Positions 1 through 9,082 of a stretch of 64,000 nt of DNA are shown here, piece after piece. Numbering within the stretch: position 1 is the first letter of the stretch; each line of letters starts with the position of its first letter. The notes under the pieces are model-generated. The model was not told where the DNA came from, did no database searches, and saw only the letters and a list, made by a program, of their open reading frames with translations. This DNA comes from Candidatus Latescibacterota bacterium. GTDB taxonomy: Bacteria > Latescibacterota > UBA2968. The stretch covers positions 1,376,001 through 1,440,000 of the forward strand of contig OZ242010.1 of NCBI GenBank assembly GCA_965204745.1. Reading direction: 5' to 3'. The translations under genes and the position numbers were made by a program.

Positions 1-268
1 GTTTTTTCGGGGCGCGTTGCCGCGATTTCTGGGATTTGATCGCGCCCTCGCAAATATCGGCAGTTGGTCCACCGTATCGCAAGCCAGCGTTTGCAACGCC
101 GGTGCCCTCGCCGCGACGTTTCGGATGATCTGCGATTTTGCCGAAGATGCGCTCCACACCACCGTCGCAGGCGGCGCGTCCGACAGGCGTTTTTCCAAAT
201 ACTACGCATCGGGATTGGAGGCGTGGAAACGGGGCGAGTACGAGGTGTTAGAGCCATTTGAGATTTAG
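1..268 (+). CDS. 3' end of a gene entering from the left edge (unknown product)
   Basis: Frame of the 17..268 ORF is open back to position 2 and ends at TAG 266-268; no family recognised. Confidence 0.45.
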   Translation, partial: FFRGALPRFLGFDRALANIGSWSTVSQASVCNAGALAATFRMICDFAEDALHTTVAGGASDRRFSKYYASGLEAWKRGEYEVLEPFEI

Positions 269-308
269 CGGATGGGCACGCACAGGGGAGGACGGAAGGG
301 TGGGGCGG

Positions 309-343
309 ACTGACTACTGACCACTGACTACTGACTACTGACC
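309..343. repeat. Heptamer tandem repeat (ACTGACY)n, i.e. CAGTRGT family, overlapping the rlmN stop
   Basis: actgactactgaccactgactactgactactgacc; same family at 26289-26323, 29950-30004, 30632-30668, 50685-50713, 55341-55483. Confidence 0.85.
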
Positions 344-1380
344 ATTTCCTGATACAACTGTCCACACCCGGCCGCGATGTCGTCGCCTTTGCTGTAGCGG
401 ACGGTTGCGGTTAGTTGCGCTTGGGTCAAGATGGCGACGAATTGGTCTATCGCACGTTGCGGAGGGCGTTGATAGGGCGCATCGTCAATGGGATTCCAGG
501 GGATGACATTGATTTTGCACGGGATGTCGCGCACGAGGTCGATCAATCTGTGGGCGTCTTCGGGGGTATCGTTGAAGCCGTGTAGCAATACGTACTCAAA
601 CGTCACCCATCGCTTGATCTGATCGTAGTAGGCGCGCACGGCGGACAGGAGTTCGGCAATGGGCCACTTGCGGTTGATCGGCATAATTTGGGACCGTTGC
701 ACGTCGGTCGTCGCGTTGAGGGATACGGCGAGTCCGATTTTGAGTTTTTCGCGGGCGAGTTTTGCAATGCCCGGCACATGCCCCACGGTCGAGAGGGTGA
801 TGCGGCGGATGCCGATGGCCGCGCCATAGTCCAGATTGATCAAGCGGATGGCCCGAAGCACCTGATCGAAATTGAGCAGGGGTTCGCCCATGCCCATCAT
901 GACCACATGGGTCAATTCATCGCCTCGTTCGCGCAAAAATCGCTGCGCGTACAAAACTTGCTCGATGATCTCTGCCGCTGTCAAATTGCGGAGCAAGCCC
1001 ATGCGTGCGGTCGCGCAAAACTGGCAATCGAGCGGACAGCCCACTTGCGAGGACACGCACAGGGTTCGGCGTTTGCCATCCCGCATCAAAACGCTTTCCA
1101 CGCGCCGCTTGTCGGGCAACTCAAACAAGAACTTCTCGGTGTCTCGTGACGCGGATTCAATTTTTTCAACGCGGTTCAATGTCAAGAGTTTGAATTGGGC
1201 ATCCAACCGCGCACGCACGGCTTTGGACAAATTCGTCATGGACGTAAAATCCGTGACGCCCTTGTTGTAGAGCCAGTCGATCAGTTGCCGGGTTCTGTAC
1301 CTCTCCAAACCCATCTTGGACACATGTTGTGCCAATTCTTCGGGAAACAAGCCTTTGAGTTCAATTTTTTCAGCATCCAT
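328..1380 (-). CDS. rlmN: 23S rRNA/tRNA m2A methyltransferase RlmN (radical SAM)
   Basis: CVSSQVGCPLDCQFC radical-SAM motif, MGMGEP, SLNA, C-terminal DIAAGCGQL. Confidence 0.96.
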   Translation of the reverse strand: MDAEKIELKGLFPEELAQHVSKMGLERYRTRQLIDWLYNKGVTDFTSMTNLSKAVRARLDAQFKLLTLNRVEKIESASRDTEKFLFELPDKRRVESVLMRDGKRRTLCVSSQVGCPLDCQFCATARMGLLRNLTAAEIIEQVLYAQRFLRERGDELTHVVMMGMGEPLLNFDQVLRAIRLINLDYGAAIGIRRITLSTVGHVPGIAKLAREKLKIGLAVSLNATTDVQRSQIMPINRKWPIAELLSAVRAYYDQIKRWVTFEYVLLHGFNDTPEDAHRLIDLVRDIPCKINVIPWNPIDDAPYQRPPQRAIDQFVAILTQAQLTATVRYSKGDDIAAGCGQLYQEMVSSQ

Positions 1381-1450
1381 TTTCCGTCCTTTGTTCGGTT
1401 CGGATTACAACATATAGATATGCCCAACGCTGGAACCCTATATAATGCGG

Positions 1451-1479
1451 TTGACGTATCTGGCGATATGGTTTATTGT
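1451..1479 (+). promoter_or_regulatory. Putative sigma-70 promoter for the M23 peptidase-larC unit
   Basis: TTGACG-N17-TATTGT in the divergent intergenic region. Confidence 0.5.
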
Positions 1480-1535
1480 TTGGCGCACGTTCAGTCGGGA
1501 ATTGCGTCCATACTTTCACCGAGGGTCCCTCCCCC

Positions 1536-2957
1536 ATGTCGATTTACGATTACAGCCGTATCCCCTCATCCACTGAGCCGCGCAGGCAACGCAAGCAACG
1601 CAAACCGCGCAAACCGCGCAAACCGCGCCGGTGGTTCTTCCTCTTTTTGCTCATGGCGGTCAGCGCGATTTTTGGGCTTAACAACAATGCCGAAGAATAC
1701 GCATCGGCAAAAGCAAGTCCGGTCGGCGATGTCGCCGCAGAACTGCGCGCGGTCAAAGCGGCACTCGTCCCGCCGCCCGTTGTGCAAAATACCAAATTTT
1801 CGGGCTACATCGGCGCGAAAGAAAACCTCACGGAAGTATTGATGCGCGAAGGCATCTCGCGCGACGAGGTGCTCGAACTCGTCCGCGCATTTCGCAAAGG
1901 CGTGCCCCGCTCTGTATTCAACCCCAATGTGGTGCGGCGCGGCGACCACTACGAAGTGAGCATCGACGACGAGTATGCGATTCAGAATCTCAAATACATC
2001 AAGCACGGGGACCACGTAACCCGGGTCATCGCCAAGCGCGAAAATGGCGTGCTCAAGGCGTGGAAAGAAACCCTGCCCTTGCGCCGAGAGGTCGTGGTCG
2101 TATCGGGGCGGGTTCACGATTCGATATGGAACGCGCTTCAAAAAACAGGCGAAAATCCCGCGCTTTTGTGCGACAAGCTCGGATATATTTTTGAGTATTA
2201 TATCGACTTCTACAACGATTGTCAAAAAGGCGACCAGTTTTCTTTTGCCGTTGAAAAACTCTACGGCAAGTCCGGCGCCTTTGTGCGTTATGGCGATATT
2301 CTCGCGGCCGAGTACAAAGGCGGGAAGGAATCTTTTCAGGCATTTCGCTATGTGGATCCCACTGGCAATGACAATTATTACGACTCAAAAGGTCGGTCTT
2401 TGCAAGGGCTTTTCCTACGCAAGCCCCTAAATTTTACGCGCATCAGTTCCAAATTTGCCGCCCGCCGGTTTCACCCCATTTTGAAAAAGTACATCCCCCA
2501 TCACGGCGTGGATTATGCCGCGCCCCACGGCACGAAAATTTGGGCCATTGCCGATGGCACGGTTTCCTTTGTCGGCCGCAAAGGCGCGCTCGGCCACTAC
2601 GTGGAAATCAAGCACAACAATGGGTATAAAACCGGCTATGGGCACTTGAGCCGCTACGCGCGCGGCCTGAAACCGGGGCAGCGCGTAAAACAAAAACAGA
2701 CTATCGGGTATGTGGGTGCAACGGGCCGCGCGACCGGCCCGCACTTGCACTTCAATTTTTACGCGACGATCAATGGCAAATACAAACTGACCAATCCCAC
2801 GCGGACGATCAACCGGCCCACCGGCAGCCCGGTGCCCGCGAAGTACATGGCGCATTTCCGCCAGCAACGCGATCAGTACTTCGCGCTGTTAGACCGCACG
2901 GGCGGTTCGGTCGTCACTGCCATCTTGCCCCCGATCCCAACAGTCGCAGCCGAATGA
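1536..2957 (+). CDS. M23 family peptidoglycan DD-endopeptidase (MepM/Csd3-like), N-terminal membrane anchor
   Basis: HHGVDYAAP and TGPHLHF zinc motifs, basic stretch then TM helix; ATG 1536 chosen over upstream TTG. Confidence 0.9.
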   Translation: MSIYDYSRIPSSTEPRRQRKQRKPRKPRKPRRWFFLFLLMAVSAIFGLNNNAEEYASAKASPVGDVAAELRAVKAALVPPPVVQNTKFSGYIGAKENLTEVLMREGISRDEVLELVRAFRKGVPRSVFNPNVVRRGDHYEVSIDDEYAIQNLKYIKHGDHVTRVIAKRENGVLKAWKETLPLRREVVVVSGRVHDSIWNALQKTGENPALLCDKLGYIFEYYIDFYNDCQKGDQFSFAVEKLYGKSGAFVRYGDILAAEYKGGKESFQAFRYVDPTGNDNYYDSKGRSLQGLFLRKPLNFTRISSKFAARRFHPILKKYIPHHGVDYAAPHGTKIWAIADGTVSFVGRKGALGHYVEIKHNNGYKTGYGHLSRYARGLKPGQRVKQKQTIGYVGATGRATGPHLHFNFYATINGKYKLTNPTRTINRPTGSPVPAKYMAHFRQQRDQYFALLDRTGGSVVTAILPPIPTVAAE

Positions 2958-2994
2958 TTGCGCCGACCGGTTTTGTCGAAGAGGAATCGCGGTT

Positions 2995-4146
2995 ATGAAA
3001 GTGGCCTATTTCGACTGTTTTGCCGGCATCAGCGGCGACATGACCTTGGGCGCGCTCGTGGATGCGGGGCTTTCTTTTTCTGCCTTAAAATCCGAACTCG
3101 ACAAACTGGCTGTGCGCGAATTTGCCATTTCCCGGCGGCGCGTTGAAAAACACGGCATCGCTGGCACAAAAGTCGATGTCCACGCACGGGAAGGCCACGT
3201 TCACCGCCACTTGAAGCACGTCCTTGAAATCATCGACAGCAGTTCTATTTCTCCCTCGGCCAAAGAAAGCGCGGGCCGCGTTTTTCAGAAACTCGCCGAA
3301 GCCGAAGCCGAAGTTCACGGCACGACCATTGACGCGGTTCACTTTCACGAGGTGGGGGCGGTGGATGCCATCGTCGATGTCGTCGGCGCGGTTGTGGGCT
3401 TGGAATTGCTCGGCATCGAAGCGGTCTATGCCTCCAGATTCCGGTTTGGGTCGGGCCAAACCCGGGGCGCGCACGGCGCGATGCCTGTCCCGGTGCCCGC
3501 TGTCGTCGAAATGACAAAGGGCTTCCCCACCGAACGCACGGATATACCCCATGAACTCGTCACGCCCACGGGTGCCGCTCTCCTCACGGCACTCGCATCG
3601 GGCATTGGCGACGATATTCGGCTTCGCACGGAAAGTACGGGATACGGCGCGGGCGCGCGCGATGTCGAGCAAGTGCCCAATCTCCTGCGCGTGGAGATCG
3701 GCGAACTCGTTGCGGATTCGCGGACAGACGCTCCCATTTTGTTGGAGACGAATATCGACGATATGTCCCCGGAAATTTACGGATATCTCATCGACCGCTT
3801 GTTTGAAGCCGGCGCGCGCGACGCTTTTCTCACGCCCGTGATCATGAAAAAAGGCCGCCCAGGCATTCAACTCACGGTTCTGGTCGACCCAAACAAAGAA
3901 ACCGAACTCACGGAACTCATCTTTTTGGAAACCACCACCCTCGGCATTCGCCGCATGCCGGTTCAACGCCACCTGCTCGAGCGGCATTCAGACACCCTCC
4001 AAACGCCCTTTGGCCCTGTTCGCGTCAAAATCGCCACTATCGGCGGCAAACGGCGCGTCTCACCCGAATACGACGACTGTGCGCGCATTGCCCGCGAAAA
4101 ACACCTGCCCATCCTCGACGTGTACAAAGCCATCCACTCACCATAA
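2995..4146 (+). CDS. larC: Nickel pincer cofactor biosynthesis protein LarC
   Basis: YFDCFAGISGDM, HFHEVGAVDAIVD, ELVTPTGAA, ETNIDD, MKKGRPG, PEYDDC. Confidence 0.93.
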   Translation: MKVAYFDCFAGISGDMTLGALVDAGLSFSALKSELDKLAVREFAISRRRVEKHGIAGTKVDVHAREGHVHRHLKHVLEIIDSSSISPSAKESAGRVFQKLAEAEAEVHGTTIDAVHFHEVGAVDAIVDVVGAVVGLELLGIEAVYASRFRFGSGQTRGAHGAMPVPVPAVVEMTKGFPTERTDIPHELVTPTGAALLTALASGIGDDIRLRTESTGYGAGARDVEQVPNLLRVEIGELVADSRTDAPILLETNIDDMSPEIYGYLIDRLFEAGARDAFLTPVIMKKGRPGIQLTVLVDPNKETELTELIFLETTTLGIRRMPVQRHLLERHSDTLQTPFGPVRVKIATIGGKRRVSPEYDDCARIAREKHLPILDVYKAIHSP

Positions 4147-4326
4147 CGTGCGAACATCCCAAATATCAGCACCCAATGGGGAGACGATATCCACTTCCTC
4201 GAGGACTGTTCCTTTCAATGTCCCCGGTGTTGCTACCCCCTCTGAAACATTTGTCAGGATCACGGGTTCGCCTGTTTGAACGATCTGTTCCAAAATACCC
4301 TGTGTCCGAATTCCTTCACGCTCCAT
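4138..4326 (-). CDS. Small ORF resembling a degenerate Phd/YefM-type antitoxin
   Basis: ILEQIVQTGEPVILT...GTLKGTV...DIVSPL...WDV pattern; GGAG upstream; no adjacent toxin. Confidence 0.4.
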   Translation of the reverse strand: MEREGIRTQGILEQIVQTGEPVILTNVSEGVATPGTLKGTVLEEVDIVSPLGADIWDVRTLW

Positions 4327-4351
4327 ATCTCCATCACTCCCTCCATTCGTT

Positions 4352-4591
4352 TTACTCTTTTTCCATTCCTTCCAGCACGCACAGCAGATTTGCCAGCGAT
4401 ACGATTTCTCCTTTGGTTGCAATGGGTGCAACGTCTTCCTCTGCTGTGCCGAACACAAACCATTCAAACTCGCGCAAGAACGCCAAGCAATGCCATTGGC
4501 CCGTGCGCGCGTGGTCTTCGCTACACAATTCCCGGGGAATCGGGCATCCGTCGTACAAGCCGCGTGGGCAGGGTCTGCGCTTTTTGGGCAT
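4352..4591 (-). CDS. Small Cys/His-containing hypothetical protein (79 aa)
   Basis: ATG at 4591 just downstream of glnA on the same strand; five Cys; no family recognised. Confidence 0.35.
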   Translation of the reverse strand: MPKKRRPCPRGLYDGCPIPRELCSEDHARTGQWHCLAFLREFEWFVFGTAEEDVAPIATKGEIVSLANLLCVLEGMEKE

Positions 4592-4635
4592 GGCTGTGTC
4601 CGTTGGGAAAAGGCGAATATTCGCGGTGGAGAGGG

Positions 4636-5970
4636 CTACAGGATTTTGAGGTACTGATCCAGTTCGTAACCCGTTACCTGTGCCCTGTAATTCGCCCATT
4701 CGATCTTTTTGTTTGCGATGAATTTTTCAAAGACGTGATCGCCCAAGGCATTGCGGAGCAGATCGCTGTGCTCGGCGCGTTCAATGGCCTGTGAGAGATC
4801 CAGGGGCAGGGTTTGAATGCCCGCTTTTTCGCGCTCGGTGCTGGACATCTCGGCGACATTCTTTTCCATTTGCGGGGGCAATGGATAGCGGTTTTCAATG
4901 CCTTCTAACCCGGCGGCCAGCATCATGGCAAATGCCAGATAGGGATTGCAGGCCGGGTCGGGCGACCGGTATTCGACTCGCGTCGTGCTCGCTTTGCCCG
5001 GGGAGTAGGCGGGCACGCGCACCAGGTCCGAGCGGTTGACCGCGGACCAGGTGGTGTATAGCGGGGCTTCATACCCCGGCACCAGTCGCTTGTAGGAATT
5101 GACCCACTGATTGGTCACCAAGGTCATCTCGCAGGCATGGGCGAGGAGGCCGGCGATAAAGAATTGGGCGGTCTCCGACAGGTGATACGCATTGCGCTCG
5201 TCGTAAAACGCATTGGTTTCGCCTTGAAACAGGGACATGTTCGCGTGCATGCCATTGCCGTTGACGCCGAAGACCGGCTTGGGCATGAACGTGGCCCAAA
5301 CCCCGTGTTTTACGGCGATTTCTTTTACCACCAAGCGGTAGGTCATCGCATTGTCGGCCATGGTCAGCGCGTCCGTATAGAGCAAGTCGATTTCGTGCTG
5401 GCTGGGCGCGTCTTCGTGATGGCTGGACGCCACCTCAATGCCCATTTTCTCCAGGGTCAGCACGGTATCCCGGCGCAAATCGCTCGCCACGTCCAAAGGC
5501 GTCAGGTCGAAATATCCGCCTTCGTCCAAGCCCTTGAGCGGGGCTTCGGGTTTTTGAAAATAGAAAAACTCCATTTCTGGACTCACGTAAAACGCAAAGC
5601 CCAGATCGCCTGCGCGTTTGAGATTTTTTTTGAGCACCCAACGCGGGTCTCCCGGATAGGGGTTGCCGCCCGGCTGCCGAATGTCGCAAAACATCCGCGC
5701 CACCGTGCCTTCTTCCTGCGGGCGAAAGGGCAACACCTGAAAGGTATTGGGATCGGGCATGGCGATCATGTCGCTCTCGTCCATGCGCGCAAAGCCCTCT
5801 ACGGACGACCCGTCAAACCCAATGCCTTCGGTGAGTGCCTCGTGGAGTTGCTCGACGGGAATGGCCACGCTTTTTAAGAGTCCCAAAATGTCGGTGAACC
5901 AGAGTCGGATAAATTTGACCCGGTGTTCTGACGCGGCGTTCAACACGTATTCACGGCTTCCTGCATCCAT
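4636..5970 (-). CDS. glnA: Glutamine synthetase family protein (GSI-alpha/GlnA2-like)
   Basis: FIRLWFTDILG, GFDGSS, HHEDAPSQHEID, TFMPKP..GVNGNGMH, YKRLVPGYEAP, RVEYRSPDPACNPYL; alternative GTG start at 5979. Confidence 0.92.
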   Translation of the reverse strand: MDAGSREYVLNAASEHRVKFIRLWFTDILGLLKSVAIPVEQLHEALTEGIGFDGSSVEGFARMDESDMIAMPDPNTFQVLPFRPQEEGTVARMFCDIRQPGGNPYPGDPRWVLKKNLKRAGDLGFAFYVSPEMEFFYFQKPEAPLKGLDEGGYFDLTPLDVASDLRRDTVLTLEKMGIEVASSHHEDAPSQHEIDLLYTDALTMADNAMTYRLVVKEIAVKHGVWATFMPKPVFGVNGNGMHANMSLFQGETNAFYDERNAYHLSETAQFFIAGLLAHACEMTLVTNQWVNSYKRLVPGYEAPLYTTWSAVNRSDLVRVPAYSPGKASTTRVEYRSPDPACNPYLAFAMMLAAGLEGIENRYPLPPQMEKNVAEMSSTEREKAGIQTLPLDLSQAIERAEHSDLLRNALGDHVFEKFIANKKIEWANYRAQVTGYELDQYLKIL

Positions 5971-6043
5971 CGTTCTCACCTGTCTGTGGGGGTGAACAGC
6001 GCAACTATGACGGGCAAACGTACGCTTCTTATATTTCGGGCGG

Positions 6044-6061
6044 GTTTCACGGGTGTTTCAC
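6044..6061 (-). promoter_or_regulatory. Direct-repeat operator upstream of glnA (GTGAAAC-N4-GTGAAAC)
   Basis: Two identical 7-mers with 11-bp period about 75-90 bp upstream of the start. Confidence 0.45.
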
Positions 6062-6083
6062 CGAGATTAAGAATCGGCATGGT

Positions 6084-6108
6084 AAAAAAAAAACGCGGCA
6101 TCGCCGCG
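6084..6108 (-). terminator. Rho-independent terminator after the lipoprotein gene
   Basis: Minus strand CGCGGC-GAT-GCCGCG followed by T10. Confidence 0.75.
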
Positions 6109-6131
6109 CTCTTTTAATCGACATCCTATTC

Positions 6132-6638
6132 CTATTGAACCCGCGTCCACGTATCGACCCAGGCCCCGTTGTATGAGGTCGTTAGGGTATTGCCTTGAAA
6201 AACCCATTGCCGGTCGTCGTGTGCGATTTCGATTTTGTCGCCCTCAACCGTGATTTTGCCCTTTATTGTTTTGCCTTTGGGATAGATCGACATCGGGGCT
6301 TCGGCGGATGAGCGATACCCTTGGCGCACCAGCACGTAACGGGCCCGGGTAATGGCCGACGTGGAAATTTCATAGGTGCTGGCGGCATAGTTGAATCGCC
6401 GGGGCGTGCCGTCCTGCAAATCTTCGAGCAGATTGAGGGCGATGTGGGCTTTGCGGGAACTGATCGGCTCCCAAAAGAGCGCGCCTTTGATCTGCGGGTC
6501 GCGCAACACAGTGCCATCTTGCAACTGGCGATTTTGCAAGAGCCATGTGCCCGCCAACTGGGTTTGCATGTCCGACAAACGATCACTACATCCCTGCGTT
6601 GCGAACGCAAAAAAGAGGAATACCATCAGGCGTTTCAT
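6132..6638 (-). CDS. Putative lipoprotein, lipocalin-like beta-barrel
   Basis: Signal peptide with lipobox-like TQGC; LAGTWLL and C-terminal WTRV; GAGGT RBS. Confidence 0.7.
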   Translation of the reverse strand: MKRLMVFLFFAFATQGCSDRLSDMQTQLAGTWLLQNRQLQDGTVLRDPQIKGALFWEPISSRKAHIALNLLEDLQDGTPRRFNYAASTYEISTSAITRARYVLVRQGYRSSAEAPMSIYPKGKTIKGKITVEGDKIEIAHDDRQWVFQGNTLTTSYNGAWVDTWTRVQ

Positions 6639-6681
6639 CTCGACCTCCGTAGCAAGTTATCACCTCAAAACGAACGGATAC

Positions 6682-6710
6682 AGTATATTTTTGGATTTGC
6701 ACCCTGTCAA
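6682..6710 (-). promoter_or_regulatory. Near-consensus sigma-70 promoter for the lipoprotein gene
   Basis: TTGACA-N17-TATACT on the minus strand. Confidence 0.75.
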
Positions 6711-6713
6711 GCC

Positions 6714-6740
6714 AAAAAAAGAGCACCCGAAGGTGCTCTT
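6714..6740 (-). terminator. Rho-independent terminator after the sigma factor gene
   Basis: AAGAGCACC-TTCG-GGTGCTCTT hairpin (UUCG loop) with T7 tail. Confidence 0.85.
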
Positions 6741-6757
6741 CTTCAACGCTCAAAAAA

Positions 6758-7609
6758 TCAGGTCGTTTCCAACAAGGGCTCGAGTTGCGAGCGCCGGCGC
6801 GGATGGCGCAATCGGCGGAGTGCTTTCTCCTTGATTTGCCGCACGCGCTCTCGGGTCAAATTGAAGCGCACGCCGATCTCTTCCAGCGTGAGTGGCTCTT
6901 CGCCGCCCAGGCCGAAATACAGGCGCAACACTTTGATCTCGCGGTCATCCAAAGAGGTGAGCACGTCTCTGACTTGTTCGCGCACCGAGTTTTGCACGAC
7001 TTCCGCATCGGGTGCTTTCTGCGTTTCGTCGGGCAACACATGCAACAGGCTGTGGTCGTCTTCCTCGCGGAAAGACGCATCCAGAGAATAGACGTCGCGC
7101 GCGCGCAGGAGCGTATCTTTCACCATCTCGACTGACACGCCGAGTTCTTTGGCGACGGTTTCGGGTTCGGGTTCGGCCTCGCTCGCTTGCCGCAGTTCAC
7201 GCGACACTTTTGAAATGTTGTGCAACAAGTCGATGCGGTTGATGGGCAAGCGCACGACCCGCGCGTCCTGTGCCAAGCTCTGGTGAATCGCCTGACGGAT
7301 CCACCACACGGCATAGGAGATAAACTTAAAACCGCGCGTGCCATCAAATCGCTCGGCCGCCGTCATGAGGCCCATGTTTCCCGCGCTGATCAAATCGGCC
7401 AGGGGCACGCCGTGGTTTTGATATTCGCGGGCCACGCTCACCACAAAGCGGAGGTTGGCCGCCACCAGTTTATCTCGGGATCTCTGGCAACCTTTATGGA
7501 TTTTCTTTGCAAGTGCAATTTCCTCTGCGCTCGAAAGGGGTTCGGACGAGGCAATGTCTCGCAAATACAGGTCCAAAGACTCACTGTCTTGAATCATAAT
7601 TCTAGGCAA
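6758..7609 (-). CDS. RNA polymerase sigma-70 factor, RpoD/SigA family, short form lacking region 1.1
   Basis: LVAANLRFVVSVA, DLISAGNMGL, GFKFISYAVWWIRQ, TLEEIG...LTRERVRQIKEKAL; AGGAGG RBS before TTG. Confidence 0.93.
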   Translation of the reverse strand: MPRIMIQDSESLDLYLRDIASSEPLSSAEEIALAKKIHKGCQRSRDKLVAANLRFVVSVAREYQNHGVPLADLISAGNMGLMTAAERFDGTRGFKFISYAVWWIRQAIHQSLAQDARVVRLPINRIDLLHNISKVSRELRQASEAEPEPETVAKELGVSVEMVKDTLLRARDVYSLDASFREEDDHSLLHVLPDETQKAPDAEVVQNSVREQVRDVLTSLDDREIKVLRLYFGLGGEEPLTLEEIGVRFNLTRERVRQIKEKALRRLRHPRRRSQLEPLLETT

Positions 7610-7640
7610 GGGGAAACCTCCTAAAAGAGATGGGGAGATG

Positions 7641-8165
7641 CTAAACAGAATGGGGCGCAGACAGTTGCGCGAGGTGTTCGGTCATAAATTGGTACATGCT
7701 CATCGACGAGCGGCATGCCATCAACCCCGCGCGCACATCGGATTTTTTGAACAGCAGGGCCAAATTGCTCAACATCGACAAATAGGGCACGGGCACGGCG
7801 TCGGGGACTGCGACCATGCATATCACGTGAATGCGTGCTGCATCTGGGGGAAAAGCGACGCCCGTTTGCGAGATGCCCAATGCCACGCTGGGCTGTGCGA
7901 CGGACCGGCAACGCGCATGGGGCAGGGCGACGCCGCGGCCCAAAACCGTGCTGATCTGATCTTCGCGGTCCAAAATCGTTTGCAAGAAGCGCAGACTATC
8001 GACCACTTTGCGGCAACCGTAGAGCCGATCCACCAGTTCTTTGATGGCACCCATGCGGTCTGTGGATCGCAAATTGGGTACGAGGAGCGAAGCCTCGAGA
8101 TGAAAAACATCGTCTTCGAGTGTCGGAATCACATGGCCCCCATGCAAAAAACGCAGAATTTGCAC
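7641..8165 (-). CDS. PTS EIIA-domain protein (PtsN/EIIA-Ntr/fructose-type)
   Basis: ILDREDQISTVLGRGVALPHAR with the conserved phospho-accepting His. Confidence 0.85.
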   Translation of the reverse strand: MQILRFLHGGHVIPTLEDDVFHLEASLLVPNLRSTDRMGAIKELVDRLYGCRKVVDSLRFLQTILDREDQISTVLGRGVALPHARCRSVAQPSVALGISQTGVAFPPDAARIHVICMVAVPDAVPVPYLSMLSNLALLFKKSDVRAGLMACRSSMSMYQFMTEHLAQLSAPHSV

Positions 8166-8288
8166 CTTTAAGCCTCAAGACGCGGATTACACGGTGGCGG
8201 CTAACGCATTAACGTCTGGAAAAACAAGGGTTAAAACGAGGCGTCGCCAAAACACCGCCAAACCGCGATAAACGCAGGGCATCATAAA

Positions 8289-8305
8289 AGCAATACGAGT
8301 GCCAA
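8289..8305 (-). promoter_or_regulatory. Sigma-54 (-24/-12) promoter upstream of PTS IIA and sigma factor genes
   Basis: TTGGCAC-TCGTA-TTGCT, exact TGGCAC-N5-TTGC consensus. Confidence 0.85.
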
Positions 8306-8392
8306 GATGTGATGAACTGCCGTAACCGCTTGTTTAAGATACAAATAGGTCAGAGAAGTAAATTTACACCCCGATTTTTCCCGCTCCGTTGT

Positions 8393-8438
8393 ATGCAAAA
8401 ATTGCATCGCACGGATCGTCAAAATGCAAAAATTGCGT
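8393..8438. promoter_or_regulatory. Tandem palindromic upstream activator sites for a sigma-54 enhancer-binding protein
   Basis: ATGCAAAAATTGCAT (8393-8407) and ATGCAAAAATTGCGT (8424-8438), 31 bp apart, about 90-130 bp upstream of the -24 box. Confidence 0.7.
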
Positions 8439-8440
8439 TT

Positions 8441-8902
8441 TAGGTCGTGTTGACATTTTATTTTTTATTTCACGTTACGCATAGAGTAGCAAATGTGTTG
8501 CTTGCTCATTTAAGGCGTTTCCTTTGATGGCTTAGGTTGCTCTGATGGCGTTTTGCGAGGGGACCTATCCCCCGGCCCCTTTCCTACGAGGAAAGGGGAG
8601 TAAAGTTCCTTTGATGGCTTCTCGCTCTGGTTGCTCTGATGGCATTGACCGAGGGCATAAAGCGATTAAATATCCCTCATCAATACCCTCGCAAAACCGC
8701 TCACAGTTCCCCCTTCCTCCCAGGAAAAGGGGAGTAAAGCTCCTTTGATGGCTTCTCGCTCTGGTTGCTCTGATGGCGTTGACCGAGGGCATAAAGCGAT
8801 TAAATATCCCTCACGCTATATCCCCTCGCAAAACCGCTCACTATTCCCCCCTTCCTCGCAGGAAGGGGGGTTAGGGGGGTAGGTCCCGACAAGGAGCGAC
8901 TG
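8441..8902. mobile_element. Partial copy of hairpin-rich MITE-like element (one terminus present)
   Basis: Begins TAGGTCGTGTTGACATTT; reverse-complement homologue of about 33343-33635 with an internal duplication. Confidence 0.7.
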
Positions 8903-9082
8903 ATTGAAGGACGTCGGATTTTGTGGGATGTGCGGGATGACTTGCTACGTTGCGTTGTAGGCCACGCCTATTCGTCCATTCGACCAAGCACGGGGGGGGG
9001 CATCGCCTAAAAAGGTGAGAAGTGAGAGGCAAGAAGGCCACCCTTCTCCCCTCTTGCGTCTCCCCTCTTGCCTTTTGTGTTT

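Noticed and set aside
2995-4146. larC as part of a lactate racemase or novel nickel-pincer operon
   Set aside because: No larA/larB/larE in the window; dispersed lar genes are common
8545-8792. Small ORFs within MITE/repeat regions (also 33240-33801, 45674-46072, 56799-57044, 57949-58332)
   Set aside because: Translations of dispersed palindromic repeats in inconsistent frames
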